Shown here: positions 38,452-47,367 of the stretch, in pieces
Numbering within the stretch: position 1 is the first letter of the stretch
Layout of the letters: every line of letters begins with the position of its first letter
Assembly (NCBI GenBank): GCA_031363755.1
Contig: JANLUZ010000122.1
Span: 3,631 to 67,630, forward strand
Length of the DNA stretch: 64,000 nt
Direction: 5' to 3'
Origin: Polaromonas sp.
Lineage (GTDB): Bacteria; Pseudomonadota; Gammaproteobacteria; Burkholderiales; Burkholderiaceae_C
Notes under the pieces: model-generated
Told to the model about the DNA's origin: nothing
Seen by the model: the letters and a program-made list of their open reading frames with translations, nothing else
The model's database searches: none
Position numbers and translations under genes: made by a program

Positions 38452-40172
38452 GTCAAATCCTTCGGGTGATGGGGAGCGGCGCTTGCGGCCTTGGTAGCCG
38501 CAGCCAGCGCAAACGCCTCGTCCAGCGCCTTCGTCAGTGCGTTGATTTTGATGGGCTTGGTCAGGTAGGCAAAAAAGCCGTTAGCCAGGCCGCGTTCGAT
38601 GTTGTGCGACATGGCATTGGCCGACAGCGCGAGCACCGGGATATGCTGCAGTGCAGGGTCGTTTTTCAACACGGTCAGGACTTCAAGCCCGCTCATGCCG
38701 GGCAGGTTGATGTCCATCAAAACGATGTCGGGCAGGCTGCTGCGCACCAACGCCAGCCCGCTCGGGCCGTCGCGTGCCGACAGCAGGCGCACGTCGGTGC
38801 GGCGAGCCATCACGGCCTCCACCAGCATCAGGTTGGCGGGGTTGTCTTCAACGTACAGCAGCGTGTGCACCACGGCCTGCACTTCCGGCGGCCCGGCGGT
38901 GCAGGCCAGCAGGGCGGCATCGGACGGCTGCGCAGCGGGCAGGGGGACCAGCGCCAGGTCGATCCAGAACATACTGCCGCGCCCGCATTCGCTGTCCACG
39001 CCGATGCTGCCGTCCATCAACTCGACCAGGCGCTTGGCCATCACCAGGCCAATGCCTGTGCCTTCCTCGCCGCCCGTTTCCTGCCCTAAGCGGTTGAAAG
39101 GCTGAAACAGCTGCGTGATCTGCTGGCGGCTTAAGCCCACGCCCGTGTCGGCCACGCCGATGCGCAGGCGCCCAGGCTGGGTTGAAGAGCAGTCGACCAC
39201 CACCGAGCCGCCCAGGGTGTTGTACTTGATGGCGTTGGTCAGCAAGTTGGACAGCACCTGCTTGAGCCGTGTGCGGTCGGCACGCACAAACAGCGAGGCG
39301 CGTGGCTGCATGAACACCACACTGACACCGCGCTGGGCGGCCTGCACTTCGACCATGGCTTCGCATTCGGTCATGACCTCACTGAGTGGCACGGGCTCCA
39401 GCGACAGCGACAGCTTGCCCGATTCGACCAGCGCCAGGTCAAGAATGTCATTGATCAGCGCTAACTGGTACCAGCCTGCCTGCAGAATCTGGTCCACGCT
39501 GCGCTGCTGAAGTGGGGTGGGTGGCGGAAGCCCGGTTTCCAACAGCTGGGCAAACCCCAAAATAGCGCCCAGCGGCGTGCGCAGCTCGTGGCTCATGCTG
39601 GACAAAAACTCGGACTTTGCGCGGTTCGCCTTGTCAGCGGCAGCCCGTGCAATTTCAAGCGCGTCGTTCTGGGTTTGCAGCGCCCGGGCCATGCGCTTGT
39701 ATTCCGAGATGTCGGTGTGTGCAATCACCGCGCCCGTGCGCTGGCCACTGCCCAGTGGCAACACGCACATGGCAAACCAGCGCTCTTCAGTCGGAGAGTG
39801 ACAAGGGTATTCCATAGCAAAACGAGGCAAGTCCCCACTGAGCACGCCCAGAATGCCGGCATACGAGGGCGACAGGCCTTCTGCGCTGTCAGCGGTGGCG
39901 GCGCACACGGCCAGGTAATTGGTGCCAATGTCGGTGTGCGGCGCGGGGACGCTGAGCTGCACGCCATTGGCGCTGGCAAACACGCGCCACGGGTCGTTCA
40001 CCTGCCGGATCACACCGTTCAGGTCGATCACCGCGATCTCAGCGGCCAGTGAATTCAGGATCGCGGTGTTGAACGCGCTGGTGTCGGGGCCCACCAGCAG
40101 CTGCAGCGCGCGGTCCCACGCCGCGTCGGCCGGCGCGGGGATCTGAGCGGAACTCACGACAGCTTTGGACAT
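38448..40172 (-). CDS. Hybrid sensor histidine kinase (PAS-HisKA-HATPase-REC)
   Basis: FLSSMSHELRTPL H-box, NLLTNAIKYN, DTGVG, GTGIGL, C-terminal LLYVEDN / DIVLMD receiver. Confidence 0.92.
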   Translation of the reverse strand: MSKAVVSSAQIPAPADAAWDRALQLLVGPDTSAFNTAILNSLAAEIAVIDLNGVIRQVNDPWRVFASANGVQLSVPAPHTDIGTNYLAVCAATADSAEGLSPSYAGILGVLSGDLPRFAMEYPCHSPTEERWFAMCVLPLGSGQRTGAVIAHTDISEYKRMARALQTQNDALEIARAAADKANRAKSEFLSSMSHELRTPLGAILGFAQLLETGLPPPTPLQQRSVDQILQAGWYQLALINDILDLALVESGKLSLSLEPVPLSEVMTECEAMVEVQAAQRGVSVVFMQPRASLFVRADRTRLKQVLSNLLTNAIKYNTLGGSVVVDCSSTQPGRLRIGVADTGVGLSRQQITQLFQPFNRLGQETGGEEGTGIGLVMAKRLVELMDGSIGVDSECGRGSMFWIDLALVPLPAAQPSDAALLACTAGPPEVQAVVHTLLYVEDNPANLMLVEAVMARRTDVRLLSARDGPSGLALVRSSLPDIVLMDINLPGMSGLEVLTVLKNDPALQHIPVLALSANAMSHNIERGLANGFFAYLTKPIKINALTKALDEAFALAAATKAASAAPHHPKDLT

Positions 40173-40292
40173 GACAGGATGTGACGGCGGGGTGGATTGC
40201 GCAACGCCTAGAGTGCTACCCCCCCTTGACATCCTGCGCAATGAAAAAATCGTGTTGGCCTACGTATATTCGAGCCAATGGCTGACGCAGTC

Positions 40293-40308
40293 TGTTCGTT
40301 ACCGCACA
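40293..40308. promoter_or_regulatory. Crp/Fnr-type palindrome TGTTCG-TTAC-CGCACA
   Basis: Same motif about 120 bp upstream of the hybrid kinase start. Confidence 0.65.
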
Positions 40309-40410
40309 GATACACTTCGAAACACAACAAAAACGCAGCTGCCTGAAGCGTCCAACTGCGGTGGGAGAAATCGGGCGCTGTGCATCAACGCAGCGGACAG
40401 TACGCCGGCC

Positions 40411-41103
40411 TTAAATGGGCAGGGTGTCAAACACCTCGTAGGCGTTTTTCAGCCAGATTTTCACGCGCTGGCGCTCCAGCAACCCGAGGGCGTGGTCGCT
40501 CTCGCGGTCGTTGATGGATTTCCAGAAGCTGGTGTTGTGCTGGTCGATCTTGCGCATGCTGGCGTCGTGCAGGCGCGGCAGTTCAATCACGTGGGCGCCA
40601 TGCGTAAGGGCTTTTTGCAACTCGCTGGAGGCTTTGAGCAGCGCGAAGTTCGAGCCGCGGCCGTGGTTTTGCACCACGATGTAATTCGGGCCATAGCCGT
40701 AGGTTTCCAGCAGCCGGCCCAGCAGGTCCACCGCGTCCTTGCCGTCGTCCATCACGTGCCAGAAGTTGACCATGATGCCCATCTGCAGGAACAACTCGAT
40801 CAGGCCAGCGTCGTGAATCCAGCGCGCCAGCGGGGCTGAGGTTTGTGCCGCCAGATCCACCAAGATCGTCTGCTCGGGGTTGTCTTCGAACGCGCTGACA
40901 ATCAGGTCAAGGCCTTCAAAACTGTCAACCACCACGGGGGACGCATAGGCCTCGTAGAAGCGGTTGAACGAGTGGTGCGAGCGGTCGGTGTCAAAGCCGG
41001 TGAAGGGCTTTTCCTTGTCGATCAGGTACTGGGCCAGCAGCCGGGCTGTGACTGATTTGCCCACGCCGCCTTTTTCGCCGCCGATGAAGTTGATGGAACC
41101 CAT
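40411..41103 (-). CDS. ParA/MinD-like P-loop ATPase
   Basis: GGEKGGVGKS deviant Walker A, FDTD, LVDLAAQ Walker B. Confidence 0.8.
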   Translation of the reverse strand: MGSINFIGGEKGGVGKSVTARLLAQYLIDKEKPFTGFDTDRSHHSFNRFYEAYASPVVVDSFEGLDLIVSAFEDNPEQTILVDLAAQTSAPLARWIHDAGLIELFLQMGIMVNFWHVMDDGKDAVDLLGRLLETYGYGPNYIVVQNHGRGSNFALLKASSELQKALTHGAHVIELPRLHDASMRKIDQHNTSFWKSINDRESDHALGLLERQRVKIWLKNAYEVFDTLPI

Positions 41104-41176
41104 GAATGTCTGTCCTTTGTTGCAATGCGGTGATTTTAGAAGCGCGCTGTGACAAGCGCCGCCTTGAAGCACCCGC

Positions 41177-42418
41177 TTAGAACAGCACCCGGGTGCGAAT
41201 GGTGCCGGGGACTTCGGCCAACTTGGCCAGCGCGGTGTCTGAATGGGCTGCGTCAATATCAATCACCACATAGCCCACGGCCTCATTTGTCTGCAAAAAC
41301 TGCGAGCAAATGTTGATGTGATTGTCTGAAAACACCTTGTTCACGTTGGACAGCACACCCGGCACGTTGTGGTGAACGTGCAGCAAGCGGTGCTTGCCGG
41401 GGTGGGCGGGCAGGGCGACTTCTGGGAAGTTAACTGACGAAGTGGAGGTGCCGTTGTCGGAGTACTTCACCAGCTTTTCAGCCACCTCGATGCCGATGTT
41501 TTCCTGTGCCTCCAGCGTGGAGCCGCCCACGTGCGGCGTCAAAATCACGTTGTCCAGCCCGCGCAGGGGCGACTCGAACGTGTCTTTGTTGCTGCGCGGC
41601 TCGATGGGAAACACGTCAATGGCGGCGCCCAGCAGCTTTTTGACGCGCAGGGCGTCGGCCAGCGGCTCAATGTCCACCACCGTGCCGCGTGAGGCGTTGA
41701 TGAACACGCTGCCGGGCTTCATCGCCGCAATTTGCGTCGCGCCGATCATCCACTGGGTGGCCTGGGTTTCAGGCACATGCAGGCTCACCACGTCGGCCTG
41801 CGCCAACAAATCCTCCAGGCGCCCCACCTGCCGGGCGTTGCCTAGCGGCAGCTTAGTCACCACGTCAAAAAACACCACCTGCATGCCCAGCGCCTCGGCC
41901 AGCACCGACAGCTGCGTGCCGATCGAGCCGTAACCGACGATGCCCAGCGTCTTGCCTCGAATCTCAAAAGCGTTGTCGGCCGACTTCAACCAGCCGCCAC
42001 GGTGCGCCACAGCGCTTTTTTCAGGCACGCCACGCAACAGCAAAATCGCCTCGGCCAGCACCAGCTCGGCCACAGAGCGGGTGTTGGAAAACGGCGCGTT
42101 GAACACCGCAATGCCGCGCTCGCGGGCCGCCGCCAAGTCCACTTGGTTGGTGCCAATGCAAAAGCAGCCAACAGCCGCCAGCCGATGTGCGTGCGCAAAT
42201 ACCTCGGCCGTGAGCTGGGTGCGGGAACGAATGCCGACGAAGTGCACATCGGCAATTTTGGCCAGCAGCTCATCGCCTTCGAGTGCGCCCGGCAGGCTTT
42301 CAATGTTCGTGTAGCCCGCCGCGTGCAGCACTTTTACCGCTGACGGGTGAATGCCTTCAAGGAGCAGGAACTTGATCTTATTTTTGTCAGTGGAGGTTTT
42401 AAGTGGTGTGTCGAGCAT
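41177..42418 (-). CDS. serA: D-3-phosphoglycerate dehydrogenase
   Basis: GIRSRTQLT, GCFCIGTNQVD, NTRSVAELV, GIVGYGSIG, TPHVGGST, C-terminal ACT domain. Confidence 0.97.
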   Translation of the reverse strand: MLDTPLKTSTDKNKIKFLLLEGIHPSAVKVLHAAGYTNIESLPGALEGDELLAKIADVHFVGIRSRTQLTAEVFAHAHRLAAVGCFCIGTNQVDLAAARERGIAVFNAPFSNTRSVAELVLAEAILLLRGVPEKSAVAHRGGWLKSADNAFEIRGKTLGIVGYGSIGTQLSVLAEALGMQVVFFDVVTKLPLGNARQVGRLEDLLAQADVVSLHVPETQATQWMIGATQIAAMKPGSVFINASRGTVVDIEPLADALRVKKLLGAAIDVFPIEPRSNKDTFESPLRGLDNVILTPHVGGSTLEAQENIGIEVAEKLVKYSDNGTSTSSVNFPEVALPAHPGKHRLLHVHHNVPGVLSNVNKVFSDNHINICSQFLQTNEAVGYVVIDIDAAHSDTALAKLAEVPGTIRTRVLF

Positions 42419-42641
42419 GGTGAATGTGGAACGGTGTGCAGTGGCGTTGGGATGATGGAGAGTTGCCAGCCCAGCTGATGCACAGAGCCGTCGGGCAAGT
42501 CACTCTGCGATGGGCTGGCGTAGCGTGGTCTTCAGCGGGGCTTGAGTATGGCCGAAAGCCCTGCGCTGCGAAAACCCTGCGCACCGAGTCCGTTGGAGCG
42601 AAAAGGCACAGCCACCCTTCGAAAAACACCATTTTTATACC

Positions 42642-42695
42642 AAATCGCCCTGTAGCCCAAGTATTTGCTGCCTGTCTAGCTATCAGTTTAGGAGT
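42642..42695 (+). repeat. Repeat family A copy
   Basis: AAATCGCCCTGTAGCCCAAGTATTTGCTGCCTGTCTAGCTATCAGTTTAGGAGT. Confidence 0.8.
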
Positions 42696-42766
42696 TATCA
42701 ATTAAAACTTTCAGTCTTGATGACACTCTGCTCCGCACCGCCCAATAAGCAAATCACCACACGGGG

Positions 42767-43291
42767 TCAGGACGTGGCCCTTGCGAAAGCGGCTTTCAAC
42801 CGCCGCCAGCCCGCGCGCCCGAACGCCTTCACACGGTTTTTCAAGCGGCGGACCAGCTGCCACGGCCGGCTGGCGCGCACGCGGTTGAGCAATCTGTCTT
42901 TCCAGGCCTTCCAGGGTTTGTACAGGCGCGCAAACCAGGGCATGCGCATCAGCGCAGGGTGAGTCAGCTGAAACAGCCGTGCGGCAATGGCAGTGCCGGT
43001 GACTTTGGCGGCAATCACCATGAACAGACCCAGCGCGAAATGCCCGCGCCCGAACAGATACAGAGCCAGCAACTTGACAGGAATCAGCACGAGTGCTGGC
43101 ACGCCAAACGCCAGCAACGCGGCCCAGGGCGGCAAGCGGGCAATCAGGCGCTCCAGCGCGGCCCACCAGGGCAGCCGCCCCAAAGCGGCAAAAGCCCGCG
43201 CCAGAGGCTCCCAGCCCCACTCTTCAAAAAGCAGCACCAGCAAAACGGGGGCCAGCAACAGGGCGCGAACGAATTTTTTGTGCAGGTTCAA
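42767..43291 (-). CDS. Hypothetical membrane protein
   Basis: 174 aa; LFEEWGWEPL, hydrophobic core, AKVTGTAIAARLFQLTHPALM. Confidence 0.75.
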   Translation of the reverse strand: MNLHKKFVRALLLAPVLLVLLFEEWGWEPLARAFAALGRLPWWAALERLIARLPPWAALLAFGVPALVLIPVKLLALYLFGRGHFALGLFMVIAAKVTGTAIAARLFQLTHPALMRMPWFARLYKPWKAWKDRLLNRVRASRPWQLVRRLKNRVKAFGRAGWRRLKAAFARATS

Positions 43292-43435
43292 GGGCGGCGT
43301 GACCCCGACGCGACAAACGCCACTGCCTGAGGTTAATGGATCAATCGGATCGAACAGCGTTCGAGTTTAGGGGCTTCTGTTAGTGGGCGCTGTGCTGCAC
43401 CGCAAGCGCGCTGGCAGACAAACGGGGGGGTGCGT

Positions 43436-44902
43436 TCAGCGAACCCTGGGTTGGGCGGGCAGGCCATGTACGGCCTCGTTGCGCCAGCGCTGCGGCAACA
43501 GGTCAAACAGCGGCGTTTGCTCACGGCGCAGCCCGTTTTGCATGGTTGCCCTGTCCAGTGACGCCACCCGCCCTGACAGATCGACATACGCCAGCTGCTG
43601 CATCCACGCCACATCAAGCTGGCCGCTGGGGCCAGGGCGTGAAAAGATCAGCTCCAGGATTTTTCGGGCTTCGATGCTGCTGGCGCTGTTGCCCTGGTTT
43701 TGCGCCAGTCGGTACAGGCGAATCGCCTCGGTGTAATTCGCGCTTTGCCCCTCGCCGCGGTGGTTGCGTTTGGCGCGGGCCAGCGTTTCGGCGGGTGGGT
43801 TCATGCCGCCAGGTGGCATGACCATGCCGCTGGTGCCCGGTTTGGTGGCAGCCCGGTCCCGCCCCGGCAAGATGCTGGGGTTGATGGACGAGGGGGAAAC
43901 ACTGGCGTCTGGGTTGGATGCGGCCGCTAGTCGTTGCAGCACCCAGTCAGCGTTGTCGGCGGCGGCGTCAGAGCGGGACGCTGCCGCACGAAAAAACACC
44001 AGCGCTTCTGCCAGCTGGTTGTTGGCCGCACTGGTCAGGCCCAATTCCAGGTTTGCTTGAATATCGCCACGCTTGGCTGCGCCGACCAGCAGCGGACGGG
44101 ACGCGAGTGTGGCCGTGCCTGGACGGTTCGGGTCGCTGCGTGCCGACGGTGCTTCGCTTTGCAGCGGTTGCAGACGTGAGTCAATCAGCCACTGCAAATA
44201 TTGCGCACGGGGCAAATTCACGGCGCGCAGAGCTGGCAACCAACGCCGGGCAAGGGCTGGGTTTGGCGCGGTTTTGCAGCCGTCAATGTCGCACCAGGCC
44301 AGGCCGGCATTGGCCATCGGTTCGCCCAGCAGGCGCGCCTGCTCGAACCAAGAGACGGCGTCGGCGGAGTCGGCGGCTACACCAATGCCATGAAGCGTGA
44401 GCAGGCCCATTAACCACGACGCCCGCGCCTGCGCCGGATTGGCCCGAGTCGCCCCCGCCCGCTTCAATTGAGCAGGCTTGGCGCGCTGGCCTGCAGCGCC
44501 TGGCGGCCGGGACGCGATCTCACGCAGACGCTGGATCTCGGCGTCGAGCGCGGGGTGGTCGGGCCCGGGCAAACGAGGCGTTACGTCGGTCTGGTTGCTG
44601 GCGGCGATGGCTGGCGGCGGCCGGACGCGGCCTGGCGAGGCAGCACCGCGTGAAAAATCGTCGATCAAAGGGGCTCTGCCCGGTTGGGTCCCCGGAGCAA
44701 ACGGGTTGGTGGCGCTGTCTGCCTTGCTTGAACCCTTGGGGCCAGTGGCCCCTGTCACGACTGCACCACTGAAGAGCGCGTGGGGCGTGGGGTCGAACGC
44801 GCGGGCACTTTCGGTGGCGGTGGCGGTGCCCGCTGCGGCGTGCAGTGCCACCACGGCCCCAAGCGAAAACGCCGCGCGGTTAAAACAATTTAAGGAAGTC
44901 AT
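43436..44902 (-). CDS. Exported Sel1-like repeat protein
   Basis: Signal-like N-terminus, Pro/Ala linker, SLR-type segments (LGLLTLHGIGV-like LMGLLTLHGIGVAADSADAVSWFEQA, GDIQANLELG, ANYTEAIRLYRLAQNQG); start uncertain. Confidence 0.75.
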   Translation of the reverse strand: MTSLNCFNRAAFSLGAVVALHAAAGTATATESARAFDPTPHALFSGAVVTGATGPKGSSKADSATNPFAPGTQPGRAPLIDDFSRGAASPGRVRPPPAIAASNQTDVTPRLPGPDHPALDAEIQRLREIASRPPGAAGQRAKPAQLKRAGATRANPAQARASWLMGLLTLHGIGVAADSADAVSWFEQARLLGEPMANAGLAWCDIDGCKTAPNPALARRWLPALRAVNLPRAQYLQWLIDSRLQPLQSEAPSARSDPNRPGTATLASRPLLVGAAKRGDIQANLELGLTSAANNQLAEALVFFRAAASRSDAAADNADWVLQRLAAASNPDASVSPSSINPSILPGRDRAATKPGTSGMVMPPGGMNPPAETLARAKRNHRGEGQSANYTEAIRLYRLAQNQGNSASSIEARKILELIFSRPGPSGQLDVAWMQQLAYVDLSGRVASLDRATMQNGLRREQTPLFDLLPQRWRNEAVHGLPAQPRVR

Positions 44903-44951
44903 GCGGGGCAAACTTGCCTGCGGATGGATTTTTGCAGCGCTTTGATGGCGC

Positions 44952-46700
44952 TTATCTAGCAATAGCCGCAGGCGTCGGCGCGGCAGCGGCAGCGCTGCCG
45001 CGTTTGGGCACCACGCTCCACTGCACACTGGCGCCCGTGTAGCCGTCGCGGCCCAACTTTTCAGTGAAGGCTTCGATGACGGTGTCCATGCTGCGCAGGT
45101 TCGGCACAGGAATCAGGGGCGGGGCGCTGAACAGTTGCGGCAGTCTGGGCGCGGCATCAACATCAGTAGCAAAGCAGGCCAGCCGCTCGACGCCAGCGCT
45201 GGTTGAGTCCATCACAAACCCGGGCGTTGGGCTCATCCAGTCTGGAATTCGAATGGTCTCGTTGGCACTCATCAAAGCGTTGGGGTTGGTAGCGTTGGGC
45301 AACACCCGCATCACGGTGCCTTCAGCCTGTTGCAGGAAACAATAGAAATACGATGCCCGAGACAGCGTTGCCGACACGAAAACCTGCTCGCCAACTTCGA
45401 ACGCGGTTCGGTTAACCAGCACGTTTTTAATTTGCAGGTCAAGGCTTCGCGGTGCGGGTGCGCTGCCGAATGGCACGGGAGCCACAGGTGTCGCCGTCAA
45501 TGCCGCGCCAGCGGCGGGTGCCAGCACGGCCATCGCCGCATTGCTGGGTGTCCAGCCGACCTGGGCGAGCTTGCCGTCTGAGCCCAGCACCACAAAGTTG
45601 CGCAGTGCCCGTTCGTAAGTTGCAAAATCCACCACCCCTGTGACCACCATGCCGGTGTCTGCCTGAAAGCGGCCCAGTGCCGTCACAAATTCCGGGCCTT
45701 TCTCATCCATCGGCGCACTGGCGTCGCCAGGAGGTGCCAGGTAGCCCTGCGTTATCAGCGAGCGCTGCACCAGCCGGGTCTGTGTGAGCGGTGAGCCTTC
45801 GTCAAACCAGTCACGCAACTGGCGCTGAAAGTCAGGATGGGTTTGCTCAAGTGTCAGGCACTGCCAGTAAGGCACACGTGCCCATTTGCCCACCATCTCG
45901 ATGACGGCTAGGTCAATGAGCGTTCGCAGCGCGCCGCCAGCGCCTATGGCGTAGTCGCGCCCCACGTTGAACTTGACGCCGTAGTTGCCGATTCGGCCCG
46001 CCACGTCAAGACCCTGTCCGCCGCCTCCAATGATCACTTCGTTGGCGGAGTCTAGACCCGGAATCAGCGTGCGGGTGCGAAAGTCGCCGAGATGCATTTC
46101 CAGTGCAATCACCGTGGCGTTTTTGCTGGCGCTGTAGCCGGTGTCAACACGGGAGGCTGAGGTACCTACATCGAACCGGTTGTTGATGACGTTTTGATCG
46201 GCATACGCAATGGCCCCCGAGATATAAAGCGCGGGGCGCTGCAGTTGCATCTGGTTGTTGTTCAACAAAATGGTGGTCAGGTTTTGAACGGTGTCCTGGC
46301 GGGCAATATCGACCTCGTAGTCAACAAAGCGGAACGCATTGCTCAGACGCGACATTTGCGAGAGCGACGTGATGATCATGTCTTTGGCAGCGGCTGGCAC
46401 CTTGCTTGAGAAGTCGGGGATTTGTTTGCTCGTGATCAGCGTTGTAGGCAACTGGGCTTCACGCAGCATGCGGTCCATGCACATCAGCGACTCCGAAAAA
46501 CTCGACAGGGCGCGCGTGGGCCGTACCACCGGCCGGTTTGCCGTGTACGCATAAGAATGAAATTCCGAGTCTTTTCGGGCGTCGACCGGTGTAGCGCAAC
46601 CCGCCAACAAGAGCAGGGCACCTGCCATGCAACAAGGTGCTATCCCACGCAGACAGCCACAGGACTGGGACCAGAGATTCAATGTATTTTTTATTGTCAT
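44952..46700 (-). CDS. CsgG/HfaB-like outer-membrane lipoprotein with peptidoglycan-binding and DUF4384 domains
   Basis: Lipobox LLLLAG-C; CsgG-type layout (FRFVDYE, ISGAIAYAD, VIALEMHL, ALRTLIDLAVIEMV); PG-binding-like VQRSLITQGY...ALGRFQADTGMVVTGVVD; DUF4384-like FEVGEQV...YFYCF...LPN...GVERLACFA. Confidence 0.75.
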   Translation of the reverse strand: MTIKNTLNLWSQSCGCLRGIAPCCMAGALLLLAGCATPVDARKDSEFHSYAYTANRPVVRPTRALSSFSESLMCMDRMLREAQLPTTLITSKQIPDFSSKVPAAAKDMIITSLSQMSRLSNAFRFVDYEVDIARQDTVQNLTTILLNNNQMQLQRPALYISGAIAYADQNVINNRFDVGTSASRVDTGYSASKNATVIALEMHLGDFRTRTLIPGLDSANEVIIGGGGQGLDVAGRIGNYGVKFNVGRDYAIGAGGALRTLIDLAVIEMVGKWARVPYWQCLTLEQTHPDFQRQLRDWFDEGSPLTQTRLVQRSLITQGYLAPPGDASAPMDEKGPEFVTALGRFQADTGMVVTGVVDFATYERALRNFVVLGSDGKLAQVGWTPSNAAMAVLAPAAGAALTATPVAPVPFGSAPAPRSLDLQIKNVLVNRTAFEVGEQVFVSATLSRASYFYCFLQQAEGTVMRVLPNATNPNALMSANETIRIPDWMSPTPGFVMDSTSAGVERLACFATDVDAAPRLPQLFSAPPLIPVPNLRSMDTVIEAFTEKLGRDGYTGASVQWSVVPKRGSAAAAAPTPAAIAR

Positions 46701-46842
46701 GATGTCGTCCGATTCAGGCAGAACGCATGGCTGCGCATCTTTTTTGTTGAATGGGGGTGCACTGGGAAGGGGCAGACAGACGCCGCCGCTTTGCGCCTGG
46801 AAAACTCCCAGGCAGTCAAATCGCAGTGACTGAATCGCCGTG

Positions 46843-47277
46843 TTAATTGCAGATGTTGACCACGTCGCCGCGCAGCACCACGATCTGCTGAACCGGCTGG
46901 CTGCCAGGGCCGGCCGTTGTTGTGGGTGCCGCTGCGCTGCCAATCGATTGGGTGCAGGTGGTTTTAAAACCGTCTGACGTTGCAGTGTTGACGACGTCTT
47001 TTTCCGTCAGGATGCCCGCTGTGTTGCCTGAAAACGCCTTGGCCTCGTAGCGGGAAATCTTTGCCTTCTGCCAGGCCGGCATGTCGGTTGAGTAGTTGAT
47101 GTAACTCGAACGCGGCGCGCTGCCAATCGGCAGCATTTGAATGTTGATGCGTTTGTCCAGTCGGACCGGGTCCTCGCCGGGTACGTTTTGGGCGCTTGCC
47201 GGGCCGCCCCAGCCCGCTAAGCCTACGGCCGCACAGGCTAACAACCCAACGGATAGACGCTTCACAAAATTGGCCAT
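46843..47277 (-). CDS. Small secreted protein of unknown function
   Basis: Sec signal peptide ending ASA-Q; 144 aa; paired Cys (TTCTQ and terminal ICN). Confidence 0.75.
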   Translation of the reverse strand: MANFVKRLSVGLLACAAVGLAGWGGPASAQNVPGEDPVRLDKRINIQMLPIGSAPRSSYINYSTDMPAWQKAKISRYEAKAFSGNTAGILTEKDVVNTATSDGFKTTCTQSIGSAAAPTTTAGPGSQPVQQIVVLRGDVVNICN

Positions 47278-47367
47278 GATCGCTCTCCTTGTGCACAACA
47301 TTTGGACGCCAGGCCCCATCCCTGCGATGAGCGGCCTGGTCTTGATGCTTTTCGCGGCGTTAGCCCA

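Noticed and set aside
29452-41103. Crp/USP island as a prophage or integrative element
   Set aside because: No integrase, transposase, tRNA or att repeat seen, and composition resembles the host; mobility cannot be supported
42430-42560. GGAGAG...CCGAA segment reminiscent of a glycine riboswitch near serA
   Set aside because: On the wrong strand for serA and lacks the CUCUCAGG core
44903-46943. ORF-track long N-terminal extensions making the pore and Sel1 genes overlap neighbours
   Set aside because: Downstream ATGs (46700, 44902) give signal peptides at the N-terminus and remove the overlaps
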